Origin: Octopus sinensis
Lineage: Eukaryota
Assembly: GCF_006345805.1 (NCBI RefSeq)
Contig: NC_043003.1
Span: 98,952,001-99,016,000, forward strand
DNA length: 64,000 nucleotides
Direction: 5' to 3'
Part shown: piece after piece, positions 42,955 to 55,795 of the stretch
How positions within the stretch are numbered: position 1 is the stretch's first letter
How the letters are laid out: every line of letters begins with the position of its first letter
Position numbers and translations under genes: made by a program
The notes under the pieces: model-generated
What the model was told of the DNA's origin: nothing
What the model saw: the letters and a program-made list of their open reading frames with translations, nothing else
The model's database searches: none

Positions 42955-43507
42955 CTTTATATATGTGTGTGATGATGGGGTGGGATTCAGTTAACGAACG
43001 AGAGGGCTTAAGGTACAAAAGGTTTGGGTGAAAATCTGAGGATCTCAAACGTTCTTGCATCATTTCCCATTTTGGCATGGAAACTTTATACCAACCCCCA
43101 TCCCCCGATTGATGAATATTTCAAACTATTCACTTCACCCAACCAATTTTTAATTCTCAGAAACTAATAAGAAATACAGAAGTTCCCTTTAGAAAATTAT
43201 TTAATGAAAATAATGGGAAATTGTAGCATCAGATGTCTACCACCACCATAACGTTTTTAGATAACATTAGGGCAATTCTGGCGGCTGGTGTGATGCAGAT
43301 ATTGAAGCAAACAGTGGCACAAATAATGACGCAGGCACATTGTGTTCAACATTACATTTAATCACGAGCTACATTGTTTATATCCTACCTTCTTTTCGTA
43401 GATAGTAAGGTCCTAAAATGGATGAAACTAATATCTATAAAGTAGAACAAGTAAACAAAATTGGTCAGTTTTTCTATATATCAGCACGAATAAAATTTGG
43501 TTAGTAT

Positions 43508-43892
43508 GGAAGCACTCCGTCGGTTATGACGACGAGGGTTCCGGTTGATCCGAATCAACGGAACAGCCTGCTCGTGAAATTAACGTGTAAGTGGCTGAGC
43601 ACTCCACAGACACGTGCACCCTTAACGTAGTTCTCGGGGATATTCAGCGTGACATAGAGAGTGACAAGGCCGGCCCCTTGAAATACAGGTACAACAGAAA
43701 CAGGATGTAAGAGTGAGAGAAAGTTGTGGTGAAAGAGTACAGCAGGGATCACCACCATCCCCTGCCGGAGCCTCGTGGAGTTTTTAGGTGTTTTCACTCA
43801 ATAAACACTCACAACGCCCGGTCTGGGAATCGAAACCGCGATCCTATGACCGCGAGTCTGCTGCCCTAACCACTGGGCCATTGCGCCTCCAC
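43508..43892 (-). mobile_element. Full-length tRNA-derived SINE with 13-bp TSD
   Basis: A box tggcccagtgg, B box ggtttcgattcc; TSD atttggttagtat at 43495-43507 and 43893-43905. Confidence 0.92.
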
Positions 43893-45447
43893 ATTTGGTT
43901 AGTATATTACGATAGTGGATATCTTCTATCAGTCTGTATACAATTACTATGACTCACAGAGGGCTGTTTTATTTATTACTGTTTCAGCTGAGTACATCGA
44001 GTTCTTTTGGCATGTAAATGTGCTGATATAAATGAATAAGGGTTGAAACCAAATGAAACGATTATTGCTTGCGGTAGCTCTAAATTTTTGATAACACCTC
44101 TGCGTAAGTAACGCAGAATATATCTCGTTTCAACTCTAAGTGGACATGCAGTATTCAGTAATCCTTTCCTCCTGATTCTTATTTATTGTAATAAATACAC
44201 CGGACTATCAACATCTACTTGATAAACAATCGAACAAGATCTTATGTTCTGCAGTAACGTTGTCTAATGAAGACTGCAAAGCCGTCTTCACAGCAGTAAC
44301 TGCCAGGTACAATAATGCACTGTGATCCCTGCGTGCACAATCACAATCTACATACAATAGCATTGAGCACTAGACACGTGTTCTCCAGCCGGGAAACTGT
44401 CTGGCTATGCTCATGAAGACAATACTGATTCAGCGGGCAAATTAGACAAGCCTAATATTTTATCCTGTCAGATGTCTCCTAAACATCGATTGTCCCAGCT
44501 GAAGAAATTTTCAAACAAAGAAACCAATAAAAGCGCCACTGTGTGATAATTCAACCTGTTAGATATAATAGCAAAATCTCCGTTAACCCCTTTACCTGTC
44601 CAAAGCATTTTCAGTAGTTTGTCCTAAGCGTCCATGCTTGTTTTTAGACTTTTAGTTAAGCCTTGTTTCAAACATTCAGTGAGATATAAATCTTTCCTTC
44701 CATAAGTCCGAAGTTACTCTGGTGATTGAAAAAAATTGGGAATGTTTATCGTACGTGATACATGGACACCAGGAATATATGTGCTGTGTATCACCTGTTA
44801 TACGCAGGAAAAGTAAAATGTTAATTCATAGATAGCCTCTTGTCTTAAGAGAGGAATAACAGATTGGATAATGATGTCCTAAATTCACCGTGTTTCATAA
44901 AGAAAGGAAAAATAAATCAATAGAATCACGGTTAAGAATCGTTTAATCATGGGTCAATGCAATCAGAACTGACCTCGGATTAAACTACATCAACTTCTAA
45001 ACAACTCTGGTGCCGAGTACGTAAGTTATTCATATATGAAACCATATATCATAGAAACTGAAAAGTTTTCACATACACATGGGAACGAACCAGTAATAAT
45101 TCCAGAACTTATTTGCTTACTAATATAATAAATTAAATTTTGATATTCTTTAATAAATACTAATAAATTGTGTGTGAAACACTCAAGGAATGCTTCGAAG
45201 CAACATGATATTAAAAAACATCTAAATATAGTAGCGAAACAAAAAGTCAAGTCATGTCTTACGAAACTGGAAATTAAAATCGTTAAACCGACATATGTTT
45301 TCTTTAAGTAATATGCACTTACATACACACACCTACACACACATATATATACAGAGAAACACATATACGTGTGCAACATATGTATATATATATATGAACA
45401 TACAGAGAAACATATTTACGTGCGCATATTTATATACATATGCATGC

Positions 45448-45507
<60 letters not shown>

Positions 45508-45607
45508 GTATGTATGTATATATATATGTATGTATATATATATATGTATGTATATATATATATGTATGTATATATATGTATATGTATGTATATATATGTA
45601 TAAGTAT

Positions 45608-45644
<37 letters not shown>

Positions 45645-46054
45645 CTTGTGTGTGTACATGTATGTCAGTGAGTGTGCGTGTGTGTGCGTGGCGTGGTAAT
45701 TAGTACAGTTGTAATCCGCCGTAATGCAGCCGTGGGGAGAGGTGCTGATTTCGTGGGGACTTAACATGACTCCCTGTTGTCTTGCAAATGTTCTCAGGAT
45801 CCATCATGACCTGAAAATAAGCATAAACATGTAAATTTGTATCAGTCTATGTGTATAAATACATATGTGTGTGTGTGTGTGTCTGTATTTGTATATAGAT
45901 AGATAGACAGATAGAAAGATAGACAGACAGACGGACAGATAGATTAATAGATAGATATACATATATATAAATACGTGTATATATAAACTAACACACACAC
46001 ACACATATGCATGTATGTCTGTTTGTATGTATGTATGTATGTGTATTATATATA

Positions 46055-46930
46055 GAGTGTTCGGTTTAAATTTGACGACTTTTATATCTTCTTTTTTAGG
46101 AACAAGTTGATATATTGATGAACAGTCAACAGCGTTGGAGAGCATAGAGTTTAAAGTTGTAGCTGAGAAAAAATTAGCTGACATGGAGGACTACTTTAAT
46201 ATTGGGAAAGCAGCTATCTGTATCATGGTGATTTATGCCGGGTTTCAAAATACCGACATTTTGGCAGCTCTTCAGTGATCTGTGAACACTATAAACGCAG
46301 TAAGATGGACGGCTGCAACAGAGGAACGAGCCGTAGCCAGCAGGAAGGAACGCAAGAAGGTTCTCACTACGTACGCACGACATAATTCATCTAAAAACTT
46401 ATGAACACTGCAATAAGATCAATGCAGACAGCGAGAGACTGTGATCAAAACTTGGCTGCAGAGAGCTGCTGATGGAAGGTCATATGTGTGGCAGCAGAAT
46501 TCAGCTCCTTGACATACATCTATAAGGAGTCACAAGTGATTGTTGAAGAATTTCTATGACTTCATCAGCCCCAATTTCTAGCCTCCTAATCCCGCTAAAT
46601 GTAATTCCATTACATTTAGTATGTTTGTAGTGCGGTTGAGAAAGACTCCAACTGCCCCTCGTGCAACACCAAGTTCGAGCTGGTGGCCATGATCAAGGAG
46701 GTGTTCGGAGATATTCCGAGATAAGTTGAGGAAGATATGCGCCAGTTTCTGGAGCTGTCTTGAGGTTGTGGCGGAAGCTAAGGGCAGTTACGTTGAGTAA
46801 GCTATCATGTCTCAGCCATAATCCAATTGATAATTTTTGATTTTTTAAAAACACTCTTATTTTTGGATGCGATAATATGTTTCTTTCTCCTTATAAGCAA
46901 ACTAAAATCGGGCCATTCATGCAAACTGTC
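46055..46930 (+). mobile_element. Degenerate DD37D/maT-like transposon fragment
   Basis: VIKTWLQRAADGRSYVWQQNSAP*HTS...F*PPNP...LEVVAEAKGSYVE*. Confidence 0.65.
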
Positions 46931-47289
46931 AAATATGTATATATATATATATATGGGGAGAATTTACGAAAAAAACAAAAGACGAAGACAGGTGGTGTAG
47001 AAAACAAACAGATGTATTAGTTTAACGCTCAGGAATAGAAAAAGTCTATATATACTTTATGATAAGTGGTTCACACAGGACTAGTTCTCCTGCATTTCTG
47101 GCCGATTTATCCAAGTAATGATGAATTCTCCAGGAATGGATCAATTCGAATCATGTATGAGTCATTTATGAATTAAATAAATGTATATTCTACAATGGCT
47201 ACGGACCGCGTAGAGCCACGGGAAAAAAATTCCTAGACGGTAACACAAAGAGGATCATCGTACTCACACACACTCTCACGCACACACGT

Positions 47290-47336
<47 letters not shown>

Positions 47337-47601
47337 TGTGTGTATACATTTATGTAGTCTACAAGTTCGTAGTTTCAATTTCCAGACAGCCATCGCATTG
47401 TGTACTTGTCCAAAATCCTTCATTTCACGTTATTTAAATGGAGTAAGCCTGAATCAGATTCCCGCTCCATTGAGGTCCGTGCGAATTTTGGCCTGCCAAC
47501 CACAAACCACCGAAGTGGCATCATTTGAAAAGCTGCAAGAATGTGAAGAAGTGCATTGTGACTGGCGATATATAACATCCAATAATTTTCTCAATGCAGT
47601 G

Positions 47602-47653
<52 letters not shown>

Positions 47654-47666
47654 ATATCAAAAAAGC

Positions 47667-47705
<39 letters not shown>

Positions 47706-47742
47706 GCACATATATATACATATATATACGTATGTGTATACG

Positions 47743-47776
<34 letters not shown>

Positions 47777-49112
47777 TTCAGATATATACACTCATATAAA
47801 TATACATATATACATATATGTACACATATGCATACACACAAACACATACACATATATGTATTTGTGTGTGTGTCTCTGTGTGTGTTTGTATCATTTGTGT
47901 ATATATGTGTGTATCTAAATATATGTATGCTTATATGCGTACTTCTTATTGACTTTGTGTTTATAATTTGTTCCCATGTGACTGATACCTGTTTACACAA
48001 GGCGTTGCTGTATGTACACAGGTGGCTGCATTTGCATGTAGGAAGATAAACACGCATGTGGTAATATTTGTGTGAACCTCGTTGTAGACTAGTGACTCGT
48101 GGAAGACATGTGCATGTACATATTATTAAACAAGTGTTATGTAAATATGTTGTTATATAATTTATGTAGGGTGCGGCAAAAAAACATCCTATTTAACATT
48201 CTTAATAAACAATTCATCTGCAAAAGCATGTTGTCTCCGAATCGAAACCATAACAGTAACTGCAACACAAGAACAGTACAATATTATCTACGAATAGATA
48301 CCATTAACACCGGTTTAACGTCCGGAGCGCCAAAGTAATGGCCATATAAAATGTTGAAGGTTTTTCTGCTGCACTTTATACATACACGCCAACTCCCCAA
48401 CGCATGTGTCTTTGTGTGGTAATTAGGAATGTAACAGAATTAAATTGTAGGGACTCGACATGACTCCCTGTGGTCTTGCAAATGCTTCAGCATCAAACAT
48501 TCTCTTTTATTCTTTAACTTGTTTCAGTCATTTGATTGTGGTCATGCTGGAGCACCGCCTTTAGTCGAGCACTTCGATCCCCGTGACTTATTCTTCGTAA
48601 TGACTAATTTCAATTTCTACTCTTACCTCATGGTGCGTAAATATACTATAAATAGAGCCACTCTAGCAGATCGTGAAGAATCTATAGAGAATATTTTATG
48701 TTGAGTTTTTAGATTTAGTCGAGATTCGTTAATTTAATATCATTTTCTATTTTTCCATGACCCTCTTTCAGTTTGTTCTAGATATTTTACATTTTTGCTG
48801 TATTTCTGATCTTTTTTATGCCTAAGAATAGATAATTGATGTGTATGAGTCTTTTACAAAATGTAATTCTGGAAAATTTTGTCTTACTCATTTTGCCCCA
48901 ACTAAATTTGCCATAAGAGAACGGCGATAATTTTCTGAAGTAGTGATCAGATAGTTATGATACTTTTAATGCCTTTATGGAAGGTCATTCGTTTGGCTGA
49001 TATAGGTTTTGTAAGGTAGTGAACATTTGTAAAAATATATATTTTGACTCAGAGTAAAAAATGCAGTAAATATTACTTATTCAGGACCACCTCACCAACC
49101 CCTTTATATAAT

Positions 49113-49399
49113 AAACAATTGCAGCGTGGAAGGTGTTTGTAAGCCATTTAAGAAACACACAAAAGCCGTTGGATTCACTTCAACATTTAAGTTTAATTTG
49201 TCAAAATATTTTTGACAGTAAACAGGTCGCGGTCTTAAAGCGACGAAAATATTTTGACAAATTAAACTTAAATGTTGAAATGAATCGAACGGCTTTTGTG
49301 TGTTTCTTAAATGGCTTACAAACACCTTCCACGCTGCAATTGTTTTCGTTTCAGCACACGATCTCAAATCAAATCACTTGCTATGCAAGTACATCTCCG

Positions 49400-49401
<2 letters not shown>
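49113..49401. mobile_element. Fold-back PLE-derived element with a G3-C8 variant HHR-like motif (49212-49260)
   Basis: Arms about 49113-49212 and 49247-49346; GTAAACA-G-GTCGC..GCGAC-GAAA-ATAT-TT-tgacaa. Confidence 0.7.
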
Positions 49402-49484
<83 letters not shown>

Positions 49485-49838
49485 TTAATCCAAACAAGAA
49501 AACAAAAAAGACAACAACGCGAGGATGTGGAACAATTATACATATACGCCAACTCCCCAACGCATGTGCCTTTGTGTGGTAATTAGGAATGTAACAGAAT
49601 TAAATTGTAGGGACTCGACATGACTCCCTGTGGTCTGCAAATGCTTCAGCATCAAACATTTCTTTATTCTTTACTTGTTTCAGTCATTTGATTGTGGCCA
49701 TGCTGGAGCACCGCCTTAGTCGAGCACTTCGATCCCCGTGACTTATTCTTTGTAATGACTAATTTCAATTTCTACTCTTACTGCATGGTGCGTAAATATA
49801 CTATAAATAGAGCCACTCTAGCAGATCGTGAAGAATCT

Positions 49839-52800
49839 CGAGGACTGCCACCAAGTGCCGATGGTCGACCCTATCAAGTGCTTTAGACTGGTCTAAATGT
49901 TGCAGTGCCTCCCCCCCACCGCACCAGAAAGTTTTCTCACCCTCTCTAAAGAGTAGCGTATAAGGTGGAGATTGTCGTGGATCGACCTGCCCGGGATAGC
50001 GCACGTTTGCACTTCTCCTACAAGTCCGTCCACGACCCGCGCCAACATTTTCGCTAGTACCTTTTCCAAAATTTTTAATTCAGTGTTCAACAGAGTTATG
50101 GGCCTGAAATTTCTTATTTCGTCCCCCTTGCTCGTGTCCTTCTTGATCAACGTCACCACCCCTCGGCTTGCAGACTTGGGAATTCTCCCATTCTGCTGCC
50201 AATTGGTGTATATGCTAGCCAGCAGGTACCCGAACAAGTCTGGCATAATTTTAAAAATTCATAGGGTAGACCATCGAGGCCCGGCGACTTCTCCCCGGGG
50301 CATTCGCCTAATACCTCGATCCCCTCCTCGGCTGTGATTGGCCCTTCACAGAACTCAGCCTCTCGTGTCCACAGACACGGGCTGCCAGACAGGAAGTCCC
50401 TGAGGGCCTCACCATGATCCAGCGTCCCGCCCCTCCCGAACAACTCAGCGAAGTGCTTGTAAAGTGCCTCACACATCTTGTCCTGTCCCTCGACCGAAAT
50501 CCCATCGTCATCAACAAGAGACCATATTGTGGCATCATTGCCACACTGGGTTTCTACCGTACGGGCCCCTCCGGCAACATTAATTCCCACGAGGCCCAAT
50601 GTGCGCACTTTAACCCGAACTCTGCACCCCTCATGTTTGGCTTAGAGGTGACGGTCCAAAGCCGTTCTCTCAGCCAGAATGTGAGATGCAGAGCCCAACC
50701 TCAACGACTCCTCTAAGTCATTAACTAGCTGCCCTTCTATTCTAGCCTTATCTAGTCTTAGCTGGTGGCTAAACCTAACAGACTCGAAATGAATGGCTCT
50801 TTTGAGGGCGAACCACCACCAGTTATTAACCACAGCGCCGGTTAACGCCCTCTATACTAGCTCTTTAATCTGGCTACGGTATGCCTCACAAGTCAAAATA
50901 GACTTGTACAGCTTCCAGTGGCCGGATCCTCTCTTAACTGTTCTATCTATGTTCAGCCTACACTTAACCATTGCATGGTCAGTGTAGGACACCTGAACAA
51001 GCTGTGGACAACTAAAGCTAGCCTTATCTGTAGCCTTATGACTATCCTGTCTAAGTAAGGCTTGAGCCTTCCGTTGCCATTAATCCAGGTCCTCTCTGGG
51101 AGTTTCGGATGGTCAAGCATGTACTGATCTGCTAGATGAAAGCGCTTAAGCAGATCTACGTGAGTTCGCTTTCCTACCAGTCAAGCCAACGCTGTCAATG
51201 CGCGCGTCAACGATAGCATTAAAGTCTCCAACACCACTAATATCTTCGACGTCACGAGAAAGTTCTTTAGGCGCCGATAAAAGTCAGTTTGGAATCATCT
51301 AGCACAAAGTGCAGAGAGTCCGATCAACCTGAAGGCCTTACTGCTGTATGTCACATCAAAGACGACCAGCCCACCTTCAGGGTAGACCCTGAAGGTGGGC
51401 TGGTCGTACTTGTCTGCAGAACCAAGCAGACAAGTACGATCATAGACCGTACTTGTCTGCAGATGCAAGCCTTTGCGGATCAGTACCACTACACCCCCAC
51501 GTCCTCCGGTCTGGCCAGGAGACATGATTTTCACATAGCCATTCTGGAGAAGCGAAAACGTTTGTAGACTGTCCAGCTTGGTCTCTGTAGCACCCATCAC
51601 ATGTGTATCGTGTGATCTGAGATCGTCGAGAAAACAAGCTTGCTTCCACTTCGAACTCAGACCACGCACATTCAAACAACTAAGGTTAAGTGCAGTCATT
51701 ACTTAAAAATCAAAGGTTCTACTTACTCTTTACAGGTGACGTTGGGACTGACCTTACCACACGTGTGTCAGCCCCTCCCTCCTCCTTCTTCTTTAGATAA
51801 TTTGTCAGATCTAGAATTCTCCAAATGGCCTTTGGATGCCTTTCCTTCAGTTGCCTGTATAGGGTTTCCTCTGTCAAGGCACATCTCTCCTTAAGGTCCT
51901 TGGGCATGGCATACAGTCTTGTCGTGTGGTGTGTTGCTATAATGTCATTTATATCTTTACTAGCAGTATCGCCCGGCGTTGCTCGGGTTTGTAAGGGAAA
52001 TAACTATAAAGTATTTTTAGAGAGTTATAGCCAAAAATAGCAAAAAATGGGGAAAAAAATGATGGTAAAGTTTTTTTTGATAGTTAAAAGGTCGAGTTGC
52101 GTCTGTGGTTTGTGTTTCTGATAGTCGACCCATGTCGAATTTATCGATCTTTTTCAGAACTGGGGGAACTTTTCAAAATTTTCGCTGCGTTAGTTTTGAA
52201 TATGACATTGGGCTATGTGTGTGTCAAGTTTCATCAGAATCGGTTGAAAGCCGTGTCAGGGTGAGGGTACAAGCAAACAGACACACAGAAGCACGCACAG
52301 ACAAACTGCCGTTTTATAAGAGAGATTTCGAGTATCAAACTCGATTAGCACCGGTTTATCTTTTTTTCTGGGACAACTGGGCAGGGTCTTTTTTCCTGTC
52401 TGTGGTGCTAAATCTTTATTACTTTTTGTGGGGGATACGGATGGGGATGGTGCATCATTCTCTTTCTCACAACAGTATATTCTTCCTTTGCCACTTCCAT
52501 GAGGTTGTCCGGGGAGTTGCACTTTTTCCTTCTGGTGCCAATAAATTCAAGGGGACGGGTATTTTTGTTTTCGTTGGGGTTTGTATGTGCAGGGGTTGAG
52601 TTATTGAAGTGTTTTGTTCAGGGGCCGGCACCGCAGTTGGGGGAGTGGGAATTTTTACTTGTGTGGGAGCTGGTGTGTGTGTAGGCTTGGGGACAATTTT
52701 GGGGGTTTGTGTAGAGCCTGGTGTCTGCGCCATTTTGTCTGTTTCAATTTTTCTCTTTTTTTTCCTGTCTTCACCGTCTATACGAATGTGGCCTTATTTC

Positions 52801-52920
52801 CCACATTCGTAACAGGTGGGCTTCCTACCCTACACCTGAATTCTAAGGACCACATTCTATCCCACGAGCACTCTCTCAGGAAGCATTTGAATATCTTTCT
52901 GCGACACCTGAACAATTGCT
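49839..52920 (-). mobile_element. L1/Tx1-clade LINE relic: ORF1 remnants, APE endonuclease and N-terminal part of RT; 3'-truncated; interrupted by a Helitron
   Basis: ORF1 GRKPTCYECGK*GHIR zinc knuckle (about 52780-52830); APE LNVRGL...ATETKL (51699 downward); RT KSPGLDGLPYEF, NFRPITLLNTELKIL, QTCAIPGRSIHDNL, LDQSKALDRVDH; many stops and frameshifts. Confidence 0.9.
51960..52325 (-). mobile_element. Non-autonomous Helitron inserted in LINE ORF1
   Basis: Same 3' hairpin and CTAG end as 19291; 5'-TC at 52325; A|T target. Confidence 0.82.
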
Positions 52921-53210
52921 GAAATGCTCTGCCCGAACCAATTCGGGGGTGGAGGGGGGGTAGAAGAGCATGTAATTTGAAGGAATTTTATTCTGTCCTC
53001 CATGTTAATCAACAAGACAGCCATAACCAACCCCTCTCCTTTGGTTTTGATAAAATGAAATACAGTTCAAGTATTGAGGTCGATATATTATTTAGCTAAC
53101 TTCCTTTCGTCAAGTATTCTGTCTGTCTGAGTTTGTTACAAAGATTATGTTTTACTAACAGTATATGTGTATATATACACACACAAAATAAGCAACAAGA
53201 ACGACTCCGG

Positions 53211-53304
53211 TAATTTGGTACGATCGTTTCGTACTACATCATTTTATCAAATGTTGTAAGTATTACAACAGTTTTAAAATGATGAGCACTCATCAGCGAA
53301 TTAT
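53211..53304 (-). ncRNA. Type I hammerhead ribozyme with a 59-nt hairpin as stem II
   Basis: CTGATGA-GTGC t CATCATTTTA aaac TGTTGTAA tac TTACAACA tttga TAAAATGATG ta GTAC-GAAA-CGATCG-TA; palindromic stem III; imperfect stem I. Confidence 0.8.
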
Positions 53305-53429
53305 AGAGGTTTTCCATTAATACAAAAACTTTCATATCAAGTGGCAACATTATAGAGAAGGTAGATATATAGACAAAGATGTGGATTTAAATTTTAAGAG
53401 CATGAGGTAGTGGAGCCCATCAACTGACT

Positions 53430-53465
<36 letters not shown>

Positions 53466-53566
53466 AGAGAGAGAGAGAGACAGACAGACACACAGACAGA
53501 CACACAGATAGAAAGATAGAGAGAAAGGGAGAGAGAGTTACATACATACCTATACACACAACTAAT

Positions 53567-53795
53567 CACATAAATGCAAAACAAGGTGAAAAAATAGTGC
53601 TCGAATACCGAAATAATATGCTTTTATTAAAACTAACAAAGTCTTCACGAACTGTTACTCAGAGTTTTACGCTACCGTTTGTTGGGCCGTTGTGATCTTA
53701 CTCACAACATGATCACAACTGTCCGACAAACGGTAACGTGAAACACTGATTAACAGTTTCTGATGATCTCTTTTTTTTTTCAGCTTTAACAAAAG
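53567..53795. mobile_element. Degenerate inverted HHR-pair element (3896/55327 family)
   Basis: aactgt-CCGACAA-ACG gtaa CGT-GAAA-cactgat-TA-acagtt at 53717-53758, with an inverted copy at 53650-53697. Confidence 0.7.
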
Positions 53796-55078
53796 TATAT
53801 ATATACACACATATATATATATATATACACATGTATGTATGTATGTATGTATATGCATGTATATTATTTGTATGTATGTATGTATTTATGTGTGTGTTCG
53901 CGTGCGCGTGTGTGTGTGTGTATGTGCACATGTATACATATATAGATTCGTACAGATGGATGCATGTATACAAAGACAGAGATACACTCTTGCATATGCC
54001 ATTGTATATATCTGCGAGTATATACTGCGTAGTGAGTGCGTGTGTGTGTATGCACATTTGTGAGCGTTTTCGAAGGAGACATTTATTTATATACAATTAT
54101 ATTCATAATGGTGTATATATTACTGTGCGTGCACGCACACGCACACGCATGTATGTGTGTGTGTGTATTTGTATTCGTCCGTGCACGTAAGCACAAGTAT
54201 GTAACTCATATGTAGTGTCTATACGGCTGTGTGAGATAACGCTTGTTAACCACGATTCTTGAACTTGATGACTTCCGGTTGCACTGTCACATGGGAAAAA
54301 ATATGTGATACTCGATCCGAATTTTCATTAAGCAAAAGAAGCGAGAAATAAACATATTAGAACATGTCTTTTAACGAAGCAACTGTTTATGTTCTTCAGC
54401 TCAAGAATTCGCTTTGATTTTCTCATCCCAATGAGAGAAAAAGACAGACGCTAGTCCTCCCATCACCATAAACACAGACGCAGATTTTTACCTCAAAATT
54501 CATTTCTGTACATCTTTTCCTATTACTCTTGTGACGTCTTCCTGTCTTACTTTGCTGGAGATTTAATTTTTAATGAATTTTTCTGTCATTTGTTTTTTCA
54601 ATTGATTTGTTTTTTTTATTTTTATGTTTGTCCTGTATCGCTTTTTCTCTTCATTCACCGAAACATATATATTTTCTTTTCAGTGTATGTAATATTTAAT
54701 GATATCTTTTTTTAGAAATTGTATTTATACTCTTCACTGTCATTTCAGAAAGAACCTTTTTTCTTAATCTTTTGTTTTTGTATCCACACATCGCATTATC
54801 TTCGTTTGTCTATCGTTTCCTTTCTACCAACCTACACACACACACACACACACACGCACACATGCATATATGTATACACAATATATATGTATATACATCC
54901 AATATACAAGACAAAAATTTGCAACATCGTCCACCTGATTGGAACGTTTGCTACAAATTCGATCGCAATTTTTACCGTCCAACCCAAACTAGAAAAACTT
55001 GGACCTGCGTAGCTAAGACTTGGGTTTCTGATGGGGGTGAGGCATGTGTGTGTGTGTGTGTGAGTGTGTATAAAGGTA

Positions 55079-55295
55079 CGAGGGTGTACTGTAAAGTTAC
55101 TGGCTTTGAGTAAAAAAAAATACAGTAGGAAGAGTTTATTATGATTTTATTCAATATATTCCCCTCTCAGATTCGCACACTTGTTACAGCCGTCCTTCAG
55201 TTTTTCTAAGCCTTGTAAAAGAACTTGGAAGATTGGGCCTCCAACCAGGTCTTTCGCGACACCCTTACAGCGAGGAAATTTTCGGCACCCCTTCA
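55079..55295. mobile_element. Mariner-derived MITE
   Basis: TA-CGAGGGTGTACTGTAAAGTT left end and imperfect inverted right end aattttcggcaccccttca-TA. Confidence 0.55.
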
Positions 55296-55326
55296 TATAA
55301 TACACACACACACACACACATATATA

Positions 55327-55552
55327 CTTTATTAAAAAGCAGCAAAAATATCACAAAAACTGTTACTCAGAGTTTCACGATCCCATTCGTCGGACAGTTT
55401 TGTTTAGAAATTGCCCGACGAACGGGAACGTGAAACTCTGAGTAACAGTTTTTGTGATATTTTTGCTGCTTTTTGATAAAGCATATTACTCTACTTCTGA
55501 TATTCGAGTACTATTTTCCTTCACCTCGTTCGCATTTATGTGCTTACTCTAG
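55327..55552. mobile_element. Inverted element with two divergent U4C-variant HHR motifs
   Basis: Arms about 55327-55396 and 55412-55481; minus-strand HHR 55356-55401 aaaactgt-CCGACGA-ATG ggat CGT-GAAA-CTC t GAG-TA-acagtttt; plus-strand HHR 55409-55450. Confidence 0.8.
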
Positions 55553-55748
55553 TTTTTATATATATAAATATATATATATATATAAAACGATTTGTCACAT
55601 CAAAGTGGCAGGTGAATGTTACCACTAGTTTAACCCCAGGCAGATTCGCTGCCAGCTGGTTTTCGATGCAACGTTCTGCATCTTTATATACAATGCATCG
55701 TTAGCAGGTGGAGCGTATCCCTACTAATACTCTATTAGCTCACAGGAA

Positions 55749-55795
55749 CGTGGGCCTGGCCCAGTTTCGAGTTAGTTGGCTCTTCGTCAGCCACG
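55749..55795 (-). ncRNA. Hammerhead motif with mutated U16.1
   Basis: cgtgg-CTGACGA-A-GAG ccaactaa CTC-GAAA-CTGG g CCAG-GC-ccacg; 5-bp stem I, triplet GGC instead of GUC. Confidence 0.7.

Noticed and set aside
52467-52733. Pro/Thr-rich ORF resembling a mucin
   Set aside because: Lies just downstream of the zinc knuckle within LINE ORF1, so it is part of the retroelement
53403-53424. TGAGGTAGT, matching the start of let-7
   Set aside because: The match ends after about 9 nt and no precursor hairpin is evident
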